A DNA stretch of 64,000 bases, taken from assembly GCA_011364975.1 (NCBI GenBank), contig RDOE01000002.1, forward strand, positions 9,793-73,792, written 5' to 3'. Within the stretch, counting starts at the first letter, position 1, and every line of letters starts with the position of its first letter. Source of the stretch: Promethearchaeota archaeon. GTDB lineage: Archaea > Asgardarchaeota > Lokiarchaeia > Sigyniarchaeales > SOKP01. This document shows positions 49,199 through 59,444 of the stretch, piece by piece. Both the position numbers and the translations under genes were made by a program. Under the pieces are notes generated by a model that had not been told where the DNA came from, ran no database searches, and saw only the letters and a program-made list of their open reading frames with translations.

Positions 49199-50593
49199 TT
49201 GAGTGATTTGGAAGGATTAACTAGAAGATTATTAAAACGAGGAAAAAATGATGAAGAAATTATTAGTAGAATTATCCAAGAGTACCTCGATTTTAAAGAT
49301 ATTAACGAAGATGAAGCTAAAAAATATTCTAAAGCTATTTTAGATGAATGCAAAAGGAGTGATCTTAGTTATATTTCTAATCGATTTATTAAAGAGCTTT
49401 TAGAAGTTGAAATTGCTGATGTTACTATTGGAAGGCAGGGTGTGGGGTGTAGAGGAGCAGGCGACTTTTTTGTGCATAAATTAATTGCAGAATTATCTGA
49501 AACCACACAAAAGCCATTCTTAGCCCCAAATTCCCTCGATGATGCAGGAGCAGTAAAACTATCTGAAATAAAAGGTTTTGAAAAATACGAAGATATTATT
49601 GTTGTTTCAAAGATGGAGGGCATTCATAGTCGTTTAAGCGACTTTCCATTTATTTGTGGATTCCATGTTACAAGAGCATGCTTACGAGATTTATATGTCA
49701 AAGGTGCGAAACCAATCTCCATTATGGTTGATGTTCATTTAGGAGATGATGCTGATGTGGGTAAATTATTTGATTTTATGGCGGGAATATCTAGTATATC
49801 AGAATTAACAAATGTACCAATCACCGCAGGTTCTACACTAAGAATAGGAGGTGATATGGTAATCGGAGATCGCTTAGTAGGAGGTTTAAGTGCCGTTGGC
49901 GTTCTTACTGATAATATATTAGCTCGACGAAACATTCAAATAGGGGATAAAATTCTGATGACCGAAGGGGCAGGGGGTGGGACAATTGCTACTACAGCTA
50001 TTTATTCTGGAAATCATGAAGTCGTAAAAGAAACCTTGAACATAAAATTCCTTGAAGCATGCGAATTAATTCTTGAAAGTGATTATCGTAAGCATATTCG
50101 AGCAATGTGTGATGTTACAAACGGTGGATTACGTGGAGATTTATATGAGATCAATTACGAGGCAAATTGTGGTGTATTAATCTATGAAGATAAAGTAAGG
50201 AAGTTGGTTAATCCCAATGTTCTAAACTTATTAGAAAAAGTGGGTGTAGATTATTTAGGTGTTTCTTTAGATGCATTATTAATTTATTGTTCTGAAAGTG
50301 CTGTAAGTAAGATTATATCAGATTTAAGTAAAATTGATATTAAATGTTTCGAAATTGGTTATGTAGATAACTCAAAAGAAGTGAAAATGATACATATTGA
50401 TGGAAAAGAGAAGACCATACTCCCTCGTTTTAGAGAATCTGCTTATACTAAAATAAAGCAAGTAATAGGAGAAGATACGCCTGAAAAAAAAGATATTATG
50501 GAAAAGAAGATTGAAATTGCAGCTGAAAAATCTTTAGAAAAACGCAAAAATATAATTAATTATATTAAAACTAATTCAAAAATAAAAAATTAA
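49199..50593 (+). CDS. AIR synthase (PurM/HypE)-related archaeal protein
   Basis: DLEG, GVGCRG.GDF, DDAG, GIHSRLS, DVTNGG. Confidence 0.85.
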   Translation: MSDLEGLTRRLLKRGKNDEEIISRIIQEYLDFKDINEDEAKKYSKAILDECKRSDLSYISNRFIKELLEVEIADVTIGRQGVGCRGAGDFFVHKLIAELSETTQKPFLAPNSLDDAGAVKLSEIKGFEKYEDIIVVSKMEGIHSRLSDFPFICGFHVTRACLRDLYVKGAKPISIMVDVHLGDDADVGKLFDFMAGISSISELTNVPITAGSTLRIGGDMVIGDRLVGGLSAVGVLTDNILARRNIQIGDKILMTEGAGGGTIATTAIYSGNHEVVKETLNIKFLEACELILESDYRKHIRAMCDVTNGGLRGDLYEINYEANCGVLIYEDKVRKLVNPNVLNLLEKVGVDYLGVSLDALLIYCSESAVSKIISDLSKIDIKCFEIGYVDNSKEVKMIHIDGKEKTILPRFRESAYTKIKQVIGEDTPEKKDIMEKKIEIAAEKSLEKRKNIINYIKTNSKIKN

Positions 50594-50614
50594 AAAAAAA
50601 TTTATTTGATAAAT

Positions 50615-51643
50615 TTAGACTTTATATTTCTGTAATTTGAAGATTTTATAGAAATCCTCGATTGTTGTAAGACATACTATGACAATTAAAGCAACAAAAC
50701 CTAACTGATATTCATCATAGAATTCTACAGGAATTCCAACATGAACCCAAGGCTCTGAGAAGTAAGGAAATATAGCTGGATTAAACATTAAATATAGAAA
50801 CAGTGGTATCCATAAGAATTTTATAATTATTATAAAAACATGGAGTACCTGGTGGGTTTCTGGTTTTCTATTACCGATAATTCCACGGGAAACATCTAAA
50901 ATGCCTTCAATGATCAATAGCAAACCCGCAAATCTGAGAACCACTAAGAAATCAGGGATAAACATAAATGTCGGGAATGGCTGAAATAGTAATAAAACTC
51001 CAAATATTAAACCAATGCTAGCAGCAATAACTTCACCAATTGGTTTAATGAAGGGTTTTAGAGGTTTAGCTAGTACTTCTGACACAGGTGTACCTGCTTC
51101 AGCAGCTTTTTCTAATTCCAGTTTTCTTAACTTCTGTTCTTTTTTGGATTTAAAATCTTCTGGGAAATATCCTTCCATGGATAAAACTACAAATATGATT
51201 GATATTATAACAAATGATGCAAGTAAACCCATTTGGATTCCCGTTACAAATCCATCAATTAATTGTTCTAAAGAAACAACCTCAGTTAAGATGCTAGCAA
51301 TCATCCCTACTAAATTTAGAATGATAATTACTGCAAATACAATTCCTAATACTCGAGTATAAAGAGGCCACATTTCTTTGGTAATGTAGACTTTTGGTTC
51401 ACCACGGCGTTTGTACTCTTTAGCTATACTTTTAGGTGTTCCCATCTGAACAATTGCTTTTCTAACTGATTGTTCGGTAGGTTGTCCAGTTTCAGATATT
51501 TCTGTTGCTTTCTGCCATATATGCTCTTCTAGTTCAGTCAAAACGTCTTTATGTTCCTTTTTATCTTTTAGCCAATCAGGAAGAGCTTTCTTCACTTTCT
51601 TCATAAAGTCTTTAACTAAATCTTCTTTACTTTGTTGGTTCAT
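50615..51643 (-). CDS. HAAS/DUF1700-like membrane protein
   Basis: ELEEHI...A..QMGTPKSIAKEY N-terminal helical domain plus about 6 TM helices. Overlaps the PadR gene. Confidence 0.78.
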   Translation of the reverse strand: MNQQSKEDLVKDFMKKVKKALPDWLKDKKEHKDVLTELEEHIWQKATEISETGQPTEQSVRKAIVQMGTPKSIAKEYKRRGEPKVYITKEMWPLYTRVLGIVFAVIIILNLVGMIASILTEVVSLEQLIDGFVTGIQMGLLASFVIISIIFVVLSMEGYFPEDFKSKKEQKLRKLELEKAAEAGTPVSEVLAKPLKPFIKPIGEVIAASIGLIFGVLLLFQPFPTFMFIPDFLVVLRFAGLLLIIEGILDVSRGIIGNRKPETHQVLHVFIIIIKFLWIPLFLYLMFNPAIFPYFSEPWVHVGIPVEFYDEYQLGFVALIVIVCLTTIEDFYKIFKLQKYKV

Positions 51644-52166
51644 TCTTATAACCTCGTGATATTAATTCATTTTCAATATTATGCCCACAAACATCGCAAA
51701 ATCGAAGCTCAACATTAGAGAGATCTATTCTGTTAGCACACATCGGACAGAAGAGATAGCGATCTTGCTTTAAATTTACATTAACGTCAAATAGTGGTGC
51801 GATAGCTTCTGTTAATTTAGAAAAAAATCCCTCTAAATAGTTGAATACTTTTGTTCCATAATTTGTCATCGAATAAAACTTTTTTCTTCTTCCCGTCTTC
51901 TCTCGTTCGGACTTTATAATCCCGTCCTCTTCAAGCTTCCTCAATATAGGATATAAAGTTCCTTCCTCAATTACAAGAATTTTGTTCGTAAATTCTAATA
52001 AATCTTTTGAAATTTGATATCCATGTACACCTTCATAACTATAACGTTTTATAATCGCCAAAATACACAACGTAGAAATCCCTCTATTGAGCTCTGACTC
52101 TAGTTTAGAGGCATATTCTTGAAATTCTGGATCTAATCCTTTAAGACTTTTTATCATTTCATTCAA
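51627..52166 (-). CDS. PadR family regulator with a C-terminal zinc ribbon
   Basis: HGYQI, EGTLYPILRKLE, RRKKFY, then CPMC...CDVCG. Confidence 0.9.
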   Translation of the reverse strand: MNEMIKSLKGLDPEFQEYASKLESELNRGISTLCILAIIKRYSYEGVHGYQISKDLLEFTNKILVIEEGTLYPILRKLEEDGIIKSEREKTGRRKKFYSMTNYGTKVFNYLEGFFSKLTEAIAPLFDVNVNLKQDRYLFCPMCANRIDLSNVELRFCDVCGHNIENELISRGYKNEPTK

Positions 52167-52181
52167 CTCCTTAATTTATTT

Positions 52182-53030
52182 TCATTTTTTATTTGGTTGG
52201 AATGAAATCTCATCCCTTATTGAAATTATTTCTAAATTTAATTTATTCCTTTTCCATTCGAAAGTTCTCAAAACTATTATTGCAATCAAGAAGATCAATA
52301 ACACATAAATATTTTGTGATTGGTATATGTAATTATAGGTTATAATAGCAGAGCTATGGGCAAACATGGCACTTAATAGATTTTTGCTTGATAGGTTATA
52401 GATCGAATCGAATAGAAAAGAATGACTTAACATAATCAGATAAGAATAGAAGTTTACTTCTAATCCATTTGCGATATTAATTGGTTGATGCCAAAGCCAC
52501 CAAAATGAGCCCAGAATTAAGCTTCCAATGTGTTTACCGAATTTATTTTGTAAGTGCCCCAATGCGAACCCTCTCCAACAAGGTTCTTCTAAAATAGGAC
52601 TTGATAATAATCCCGCAAAAAAAGTTAAAGGAATTATAGCAATTAACCAAAAACCTAAGGTATTCAGAGGGGCAATAGCAAGAATTCTTAATTCTCCTTC
52701 ATTAATTACCCAATAATTTAATAAGCTTCCACTGATTGTTGTTAAAGGTAGAATTAATGCCGCAGGAATTAACCATATTATATTTTTTCCTTTTATTCGA
52801 ATACTGTCAAATATTTGTTTTATTCCATAACCTCCTTTTGTTATTTTGTCAAGCAAGATTAAAACGATTAAAGGAGCGATACCTCCAATACTTTGTCCAA
52901 TAATTATGGGAACATTGAACTCAATTATTCCTAATCGTCCTAAAGCCATAGGTATCCATATTGACCAACTTGAGATGAGTGCGATAACTAAGAATAACAG
53001 CACTTTATATCTACTGATGAAGTTTTTCAT
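52182..53030 (-). CDS. CPBP/Abi (type II CAAX protease) intramembrane metalloprotease
   Basis: EEPCWRG, WWLWH, AMFAH. Confidence 0.88.
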   Translation of the reverse strand: MKNFISRYKVLLFLVIALISSWSIWIPMALGRLGIIEFNVPIIIGQSIGGIAPLIVLILLDKITKGGYGIKQIFDSIRIKGKNIIWLIPAALILPLTTISGSLLNYWVINEGELRILAIAPLNTLGFWLIAIIPLTFFAGLLSSPILEEPCWRGFALGHLQNKFGKHIGSLILGSFWWLWHQPINIANGLEVNFYSYLIMLSHSFLFDSIYNLSSKNLLSAMFAHSSAIITYNYIYQSQNIYVLLIFLIAIIVLRTFEWKRNKLNLEIISIRDEISFQPNKK

Positions 53031-53123
53031 ATTTCCAACCTTTTTTTTATAACTTTATAGTTTTTTATAGTATTTTTTCAATACTGTTCTACGCATAGTA
53101 TGTGATCGATACTATTTAAATCT

Positions 53124-54023
53124 TTGGATAACTTATATTTTCACAAAATAAGTTTTTTAAAATTAATGAGATTCAAAATTATAAGGAATATTATGTCCCT
53201 TAATGAAAATATTAAGAACAAACTTAACGCTCTAATAACTTTTTTAGAGGAGCATAAAGTTATTTTAGCTTTTTCTGGAGGAGTAGACAGTAGTTTATTA
53301 GCATATTTGGCGAAAAAATATTCTAAAGATATGATAGCAATAACCGTAGAGTCAATACTTAATCCAGGTGATGATGTTTCTGAAGCAAAAAAATTTGCTG
53401 AACTATTTAAAATTCCGCAAATCGTTATTAGAAAAGAAGCATTAAAAAATGAGAAATTTATTCAAAATCCAAAGAATAGATGTTATATTTGTAAAAAAGA
53501 TATTTTTACAAGTATCTTGAAAATTAGGGATGAAAAAGGTTTTGATATCATAATAGATGGCTCGAATGTAGATGATCTTGGGGATTATCGTCCCGGAATA
53601 CAGGCATTAAATGAATTGAATATAATTTCACCCTATATTAAATATGATGTTAATAAACAAGAAATTAGAGAGATCAGTAATTATTTTAATTTACCAACCC
53701 ACAATAAACCTTCTGGTGCTTGTTTAGCTTCCCGAATTCCATATGAAGAGGAAATTACAGAGAAGAAACTGTTAATGATAAAACAGGCGGAACATTTTTT
53801 AAGAGAAAGGTTTAATTTAGAACAGGTTCGGGTAAGACTGCATAAGGGATATCTTGCCAGAATAGAATTAATACCTCAAGATATAATTAATATCACAAAT
53901 AAGGAGAATTTAAATATTATTAATCAAAAATTTAAGAGTTTAGGCTTTTGCTATATTACTATTGATTTACAAGGGTTTCGCTCGGGGTCATTAAATGAAG
54001 TAATAGATGCTAAAAGTGACTAG
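53124..54023 (+). CDS. larE: LarE-like ATP-dependent sacrificial sulfur transferase (TIGR00268)
   Basis: SGGVDS, RCYICK, DGSN.DD..DYRPG, CLASR, QVRVR, GFRSGS. Real start is probably at MSLNE. Confidence 0.9.
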   Translation: MDNLYFHKISFLKLMRFKIIRNIMSLNENIKNKLNALITFLEEHKVILAFSGGVDSSLLAYLAKKYSKDMIAITVESILNPGDDVSEAKKFAELFKIPQIVIRKEALKNEKFIQNPKNRCYICKKDIFTSILKIRDEKGFDIIIDGSNVDDLGDYRPGIQALNELNIISPYIKYDVNKQEIREISNYFNLPTHNKPSGACLASRIPYEEEITEKKLLMIKQAEHFLRERFNLEQVRVRLHKGYLARIELIPQDIINITNKENLNIINQKFKSLGFCYITIDLQGFRSGSLNEVIDAKSD

Positions 54024-54098
54024 ATCTTCTAAATTATTATTAGAATATTTAAAACTTTTCTATAGTAGAACAATTAATCTAAAAAAGAGAGATGTGAA

Positions 54099-54827
54099 TT
54101 GGAAGATATAATAAAATATGCAATTATCGCAGATATTCATGCAAATAAATATGCCTTAGAGAGTTTTCTTAATTTCATTGAAGAAGAAATTCCTGTGGAT
54201 AAAATCTTAAATATGGGAGATTTTGTCCATATTGGCCCCCATCCAAAAGAAGTTTTAGAGGTTATTTTAAAGGATAAGAGATTTTTAAATGTTCTTGGAA
54301 ATAATGATCTAATAGTTTTGGGTCGGAGAAAAGAAGAATGGCCCGCTGGGATTGAACGACACAGAGCATGGACATTGGATCAGATTGGAAGCCCTTTATT
54401 AGATGAGTTAAGAAAAGTTCCTGACTCTATGACTTTTAAAACTAAAGGAAAAATGATTCTTATGCTTCATTCGCATTTATATTCTTTACCTAATCGTTCA
54501 ATACGGGATAATATTCTATTATATCAAGGAAAATCACTAAAAGAATTTGTAGATGATTATCCGGATGCTGCTGATATAATTTTGCTTGGTCATACACATG
54601 AAAAAATGTATCTTGTCACCAAGAATAAGATTTTTATCAATCCTGGCTCACTTAGTTTAACTAATAAATCCAGTATCTCATTCTGCTTGATGGAATTCGA
54701 TTCTGATGACATTAACGTTACATTTAAAAGTATTCCATATGACAGCTCTCAACTTAAAAATGATTATGAGAACCGAAATGTTGCTGAAAGAGAATTTTTA
54801 CTCAAATATTTCTATCCTTTTATATAA
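54099..54827 (+). CDS. metallophosphoesterase (YfcE-like)
   Basis: DIHAN, GD, GNND, GHTH, NPGS. Confidence 0.9.
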   Translation: MEDIIKYAIIADIHANKYALESFLNFIEEEIPVDKILNMGDFVHIGPHPKEVLEVILKDKRFLNVLGNNDLIVLGRRKEEWPAGIERHRAWTLDQIGSPLLDELRKVPDSMTFKTKGKMILMLHSHLYSLPNRSIRDNILLYQGKSLKEFVDDYPDAADIILLGHTHEKMYLVTKNKIFINPGSLSLTNKSSISFCLMEFDSDDINVTFKSIPYDSSQLKNDYENRNVAEREFLLKYFYPFI

Positions 54828-54897
54828 GGCAATTTAATTAATTATACTTCAAAAAGTAAATAAATAGAATATAAAAAAAAAGAAAAGAATTATGAAT

Positions 54898-56145
54898 TTA
54901 ATAAAAATCTTTTTTTAATTTGGAAATTTTTCCAACTTTATAGAAATTTCCAATAATTCCACCAATTGTACCTATAATAATAAGTATAATTACCCAAAAG
55001 TAAATGATATATATCATACTTGTAGGATCAGAGGGAATTGATGGTATTATACCTCCAGAGAATAATGAGATTGGAAAAATCTCAGGTTGATTAAGAAGTA
55101 ATAACCATATCGGTATATATGCAAAATTATACAATGCTATGACAACTAACATTACTTGTTGCCCAGTATAATTACTTACACCAATAGCTAATCTAACTAA
55201 ATCGAAAATACCCCCAAGAAATATTAAAAACCCGAGTAATTTTAGCCAATCTAAAAAACCTTGTCCCATTAAACCCAAAACTGCAAACGGTTGAATCAAA
55301 AGAATTAATCCAAAGATAATTCCTGCAACTGAACCAAAAATTAATTCTCCTAGAGAAACAGGCTCCTTCTTCTTTAATTGCCTTTTTGCTTTAGCTTCTG
55401 CCATTTTTTGTTTTCTTTTTTCTTTTGCCTCAGCCAGCTTGCGTTTACGAAGAGCTGCTGCTTCAGATAACTTCTGTTCTCTAATTAATTTTGCTTCTTC
55501 TAACCTAGTTTCAACCTTAATTCTTGCTTCTGCTATTTTTTCTTCTCTTTGAGTTTTAAACTCTTCTAATTTGTATCTTGTGTATTCCCTCACTTCTTCT
55601 AATTCTGCCTCTGTTAAATGGAATGGAAATATAAGTGCTAATCTACCTGGAACAATTCCAAAATCTTCGGGTAAAAAACCCTCCATCGAGAACCACACAA
55701 ATGCAATCGTAATTACTACTGCAGCAATAAGACATCCAATCCAAATTCCAGAAAACATATTTCCCAATACTGTCCACCAGGGAATAAAAAAGAATTGAAA
55801 TGCGGCAATAATTATATTGATAAAGAAGATTAATAACCAGAAGAAGAATATGGTTCTAAGATAAAATTCAGATAATTCTTCGGTTATGTAGAATTTAGGA
55901 GTCCCACGACGTTTATATGATTTGGCAATAGTTTCTGGAGCTCCTAATCTTATCATTGCTTCATTAATACTTTCTGAGGTGGGCTCTATTTCACCAGAAA
56001 TTTCTTTAGCTTTTTCAATAATTTGAGATTTTAAATCATCTAATATGTTTTGGACCTCTCCTTGTTTCCATTTAAGCCATTCTGGAAGCTTTTTTTTGAC
56101 TTGTGCTAAATATTCTTGAATAGCGTTATTTTCAACATTACTCAT
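54898..56145 (-). CDS. HAAS/DUF1700-like membrane protein (paralog of 50615..51643) with an inserted helical repeat
   Basis: Shares LP.WLK, GAPETIAKSYKRRG.PK.YIT and SMEG..PEDF with the paralog. Confidence 0.78.
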   Translation of the reverse strand: MSNVENNAIQEYLAQVKKKLPEWLKWKQGEVQNILDDLKSQIIEKAKEISGEIEPTSESINEAMIRLGAPETIAKSYKRRGTPKFYITEELSEFYLRTIFFFWLLIFFINIIIAAFQFFFIPWWTVLGNMFSGIWIGCLIAAVVITIAFVWFSMEGFLPEDFGIVPGRLALIFPFHLTEAELEEVREYTRYKLEEFKTQREEKIAEARIKVETRLEEAKLIREQKLSEAAALRKRKLAEAKEKRKQKMAEAKAKRQLKKKEPVSLGELIFGSVAGIIFGLILLIQPFAVLGLMGQGFLDWLKLLGFLIFLGGIFDLVRLAIGVSNYTGQQVMLVVIALYNFAYIPIWLLLLNQPEIFPISLFSGGIIPSIPSDPTSMIYIIYFWVIILIIIGTIGGIIGNFYKVGKISKLKKDFY

Positions 56146-56194
56146 AATAATTCACTATTGTTAAAATATACATTTTTATAAATTTCTTTCTATA

Positions 56195-57727
56195 ATGTTT
56201 AATAGAGGAACATTAAAAGTTTTTAATAAAATATTTGGAGCCCAATTTTCAATATTTTTTTTTAGAATGGATAAACTAGTTGAACTAATGGGATTAGAAA
56301 AAAAAGAAAATATGGATAAAAAGTCTAGAAGAAAATTTGGATCCCATTTCACCTCAATAGAAATTTTTGAGACCTATATTTTTCCTCAAATTAAGAATGA
56401 TTTAGATAAATATATTTGGGTGGATCTGTTTGCGGGAGAAGGCAATTTAGTTTTGCCAATTTTAAAACACATACCTCTTGAAAAGCGTGAGATTTATTTC
56501 AGGAATCGGATATTCTTATTTGATATTCAAGAAAATATGGTACAAAAATGTATTAAAAATGCTCAACTTTATGGCATATCAGAAAATACAGCTAAAGGAA
56601 ATATCATTGTAAGAGACAATCTTGAAGACTATCCCAAATTTCTATTAAGAAAGAAGTTACCGGTTTTTCACATTACAAATCCGCCCTATCTTTATTTAGG
56701 ATATATAAGAAAACAAAAAGACACCCAAAAATATCTCAAACTTTTTAATGCACAAAATAATAGTTATCAAGATTTATATCAATTAGCCTTGATGAATGAT
56801 TTACATAATGGAATAGAAAATTTAATATATATAATCCCATCTAATTTTCTATTTGGAGCATCGGTATCTAATAAATTTAGGAAAGATTTTCTTCTACATT
56901 ATACCATTTATAAAGTTGTTATTTTTGAAACTAAAGTATTTGAGTTCACTGGTACAAATATTTGCATTACATTTTTGAAGAAGAAACATATTCCAAAAGA
57001 AGAAATAATCACATTTCAGGGCATAAAAATTAAACAAGGGAATAAGTTTCTAGAGAAAGAATATAGACTAGATCCTAAAAATTATTATAGAGCAGGTTCT
57101 ATATTTGCTGACTTTTTAAATGCATATCAAACTAAAAAGCCTCTTGAGGTTAATTATTACTTGTTAAAGAAGGAAGTATTAGAAAATAGAGGTCCCTTTG
57201 AAATACAAGCTATTGATGCGAATCAATATGCTAATAATAATTATAAAAAACTTCTTCTAAGAGTAAATAAGGAATTAAAGGAGAAAATTAAAAATAATAT
57301 CTTGTATGTTAGGACACTAGACTCCGGTCGATATGAAGGAAGGGTGGGATTAGGAATTATCGAAGATGATTTTAATGTTTCTGCTATTTACGTATCCGGT
57401 AATACATATAGAACTCATCCAATTCAAATTTTTTTCAAACCGATAATTTCTATTGAATTACAGTTGATTATTCAGAAATATTTTAATTATATTTTGGAAG
57501 ATTTTAGGAAGAAAACAGATAGTGAATTCTTGACTACTTACAAGTATTCCCAAGCATTATATACACGTAAATATTTAGGATTAACACAGACAAGAAAACT
57601 AATTGAAACTTTTCCTTTTAATTCATTAACTCCAAACGAGGTTGAAATTCTAGAGCGATATATATCTAATGATAAATTTGATAACCTCACAAGTTTTTTA
57701 ATTAATCTTAAAGAGAGGCAAAAATAA
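56195..57727 (+). CDS. amino-DNA methyltransferase (gamma-type motif order)
   Basis: G.HFT, motif I DLFAGEG, motif IV TNPPY, YIIPSNFL. True start is probably a downstream Met. Confidence 0.85.
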   Translation: MFNRGTLKVFNKIFGAQFSIFFFRMDKLVELMGLEKKENMDKKSRRKFGSHFTSIEIFETYIFPQIKNDLDKYIWVDLFAGEGNLVLPILKHIPLEKREIYFRNRIFLFDIQENMVQKCIKNAQLYGISENTAKGNIIVRDNLEDYPKFLLRKKLPVFHITNPPYLYLGYIRKQKDTQKYLKLFNAQNNSYQDLYQLALMNDLHNGIENLIYIIPSNFLFGASVSNKFRKDFLLHYTIYKVVIFETKVFEFTGTNICITFLKKKHIPKEEIITFQGIKIKQGNKFLEKEYRLDPKNYYRAGSIFADFLNAYQTKKPLEVNYYLLKKEVLENRGPFEIQAIDANQYANNNYKKLLLRVNKELKEKIKNNILYVRTLDSGRYEGRVGLGIIEDDFNVSAIYVSGNTYRTHPIQIFFKPIISIELQLIIQKYFNYILEDFRKKTDSEFLTTYKYSQALYTRKYLGLTQTRKLIETFPFNSLTPNEVEILERYISNDKFDNLTSFLINLKERQK

Positions 57728-58580
57728 ACGCAATTAATCCTAAGAAAGCACCTATTTTTAGTAACAAGCTAATTTTTTTAAAATCTCTTTGTTCGAGTGT
57801 TTTTTTAAGCATTATTATTATAGCATAAAAAACAACTGTTAATCCAAAGATCATAAAAATCAGAAATAAAAGGGGATTAATAATAGGAGTAATTACTGGT
57901 AAAATAAAGAAAATTATTGCAGTCCACGAAAATGTTATAGAAAAATATGTAGATTTCTTAATTCCTAGCCTAATAGCAAGTGTTCTAACCCCCTCAGTCT
58001 TATCTCCTTCAATATCTTCACAGCCTTTGATTATCTCTCTCGAGAGTAATAAAGAAAAAGAAGTAAGGAAGAAGAAATAGATGTAATTGGGAATAACAGA
58101 ATTATTTAATATTGCTCCATAAAGCATTCCAATTGAAAAAGAAATACTAACGATAACATTTCCTAAAAAACCACTTTTTTTACCCCATTTAGCGTAAATC
58201 CAACCTATAAATCCAAAAAGAATAGCAATCATGATATTTAGCATGCCCAAATTAAAAATGATACTATTAATTATGCTTAAGCTTATCCCAGTTAAAAAAT
58301 ACAACGTATAAAGTAATTTGGCTTGTCTAAGTGAAATTGCTCCTCTTGGAATTGGGCGAGTGGGTCTATTAATTTTATCTATTTCGATGTCGTAAATATC
58401 GTTTATTACCATTCCTGAACCAGCTAAGAAAAAGTAAGTAATTACTCCGAAAATAAGATTAATTACCAATTGTTCAAACGGAATTCCAATTTTAGTATTT
58501 AAAAGTCCAATGATAATTGTAAGTGAACCCATCAAGCAATTGATAGGTCGAAGTATTTCAAAAGCGTCTTTAATTCTCAT
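57708..58580 (-). CDS. digeranylgeranylglyceryl phosphate synthase (UbiA family)
   Basis: RPIN, NDIYDIEIDKINRPTRPIPRG, REIIKGCEDIEGD. Confidence 0.92.
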   Translation of the reverse strand: MRIKDAFEILRPINCLMGSLTIIIGLLNTKIGIPFEQLVINLIFGVITYFFLAGSGMVINDIYDIEIDKINRPTRPIPRGAISLRQAKLLYTLYFLTGISLSIINSIIFNLGMLNIMIAILFGFIGWIYAKWGKKSGFLGNVIVSISFSIGMLYGAILNNSVIPNYIYFFFLTSFSLLLSREIIKGCEDIEGDKTEGVRTLAIRLGIKKSTYFSITFSWTAIIFFILPVITPIINPLLFLIFMIFGLTVVFYAIIIMLKKTLEQRDFKKISLLLKIGAFLGLIAFIFASL

Positions 58581-58602
58581 TATAAGATATTTTTTATGGA
58601 TA

Positions 58603-59430
58603 TTATCGTAGACAATATTTTTTCTTACAATTTTTCCCTACTCTTTTTATTTCATCTATAATGGATTTCAGGGCATTTCCATTATCCTTCAATAAATTAT
58701 TTTCGAGAAAGGAACCCATTACAATTATATCTGCACCCGCCTCTGCAAAGGATATCGCATCTTCTTTATTAGCCACTCCTCCACCGGCAATAATTGGAAT
58801 GTTTAACATAGTAGAACATAATTTTATAATCTCACATGGTATTTTTTGACTGCCTGATCCTGCTTCTAAGTAAATAAGTTTAAATCCAAAAAGTTCTGCT
58901 GCCAACGAGTACGCCACCGTTAATTTTGGTTTTTCTCTAGGTAATAATTTAGCTTTTCCAATCCAACCAGCTGTTGCTCCTGGTTCAATTATTAAATAAG
59001 CTGTTGAGATGGGTTCTAAATTAGCCATTTTCACAGTATATGATGCTAGGGCTTGTTGTCCAATAATAAAATAAGGATCTTCGGAATTTAATAGTGACAT
59101 AAATAAAATCGCATCTGCTTCCTTAGATACATTAGAGATTCCACCTGGAAAAATAATTATAGGTAAATCGATTTTTTCTTTGATTGCAATTATGGTATCA
59201 TCTACAAATCGTTGGTCGAATACGGTACTTCCTCCAATAAGAATCGCATCTGTACCTGCCTGTTCAGCGTAATAAGCCATACTAGCTGCTTTTTTAGGAG
59301 TCTGCTTTATCGGATCGGGATCGATTAAGGAAAAATGAAGTACTCCTTCATTATTTATCTTATTTATAATGTATTCATAAGTGCTAGTTTTCAAAGTGTT
59401 GCTTGTCAATGCCCTACCCATAATTTTCAC
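58603..59430 (-). CDS. geranylgeranylglyceryl phosphate synthase (group II)
   Basis: LIDPD, IGGS, FPG, MSLLNS, YLEAGSG, GGG. Confidence 0.92.
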   Translation of the reverse strand: MKIMGRALTSNTLKTSTYEYIINKINNEGVLHFSLIDPDPIKQTPKKAASMAYYAEQAGTDAILIGGSTVFDQRFVDDTIIAIKEKIDLPIIIFPGGISNVSKEADAILFMSLLNSEDPYFIIGQQALASYTVKMANLEPISTAYLIIEPGATAGWIGKAKLLPREKPKLTVAYSLAAELFGFKLIYLEAGSGSQKIPCEIIKLCSTMLNIPIIAGGGVANKEDAISFAEAGADIIVMGSFLENNLLKDNGNALKSIIDEIKRVGKNCKKKYCLR

Positions 59431-59444
59431 ATAATATAATTAAT

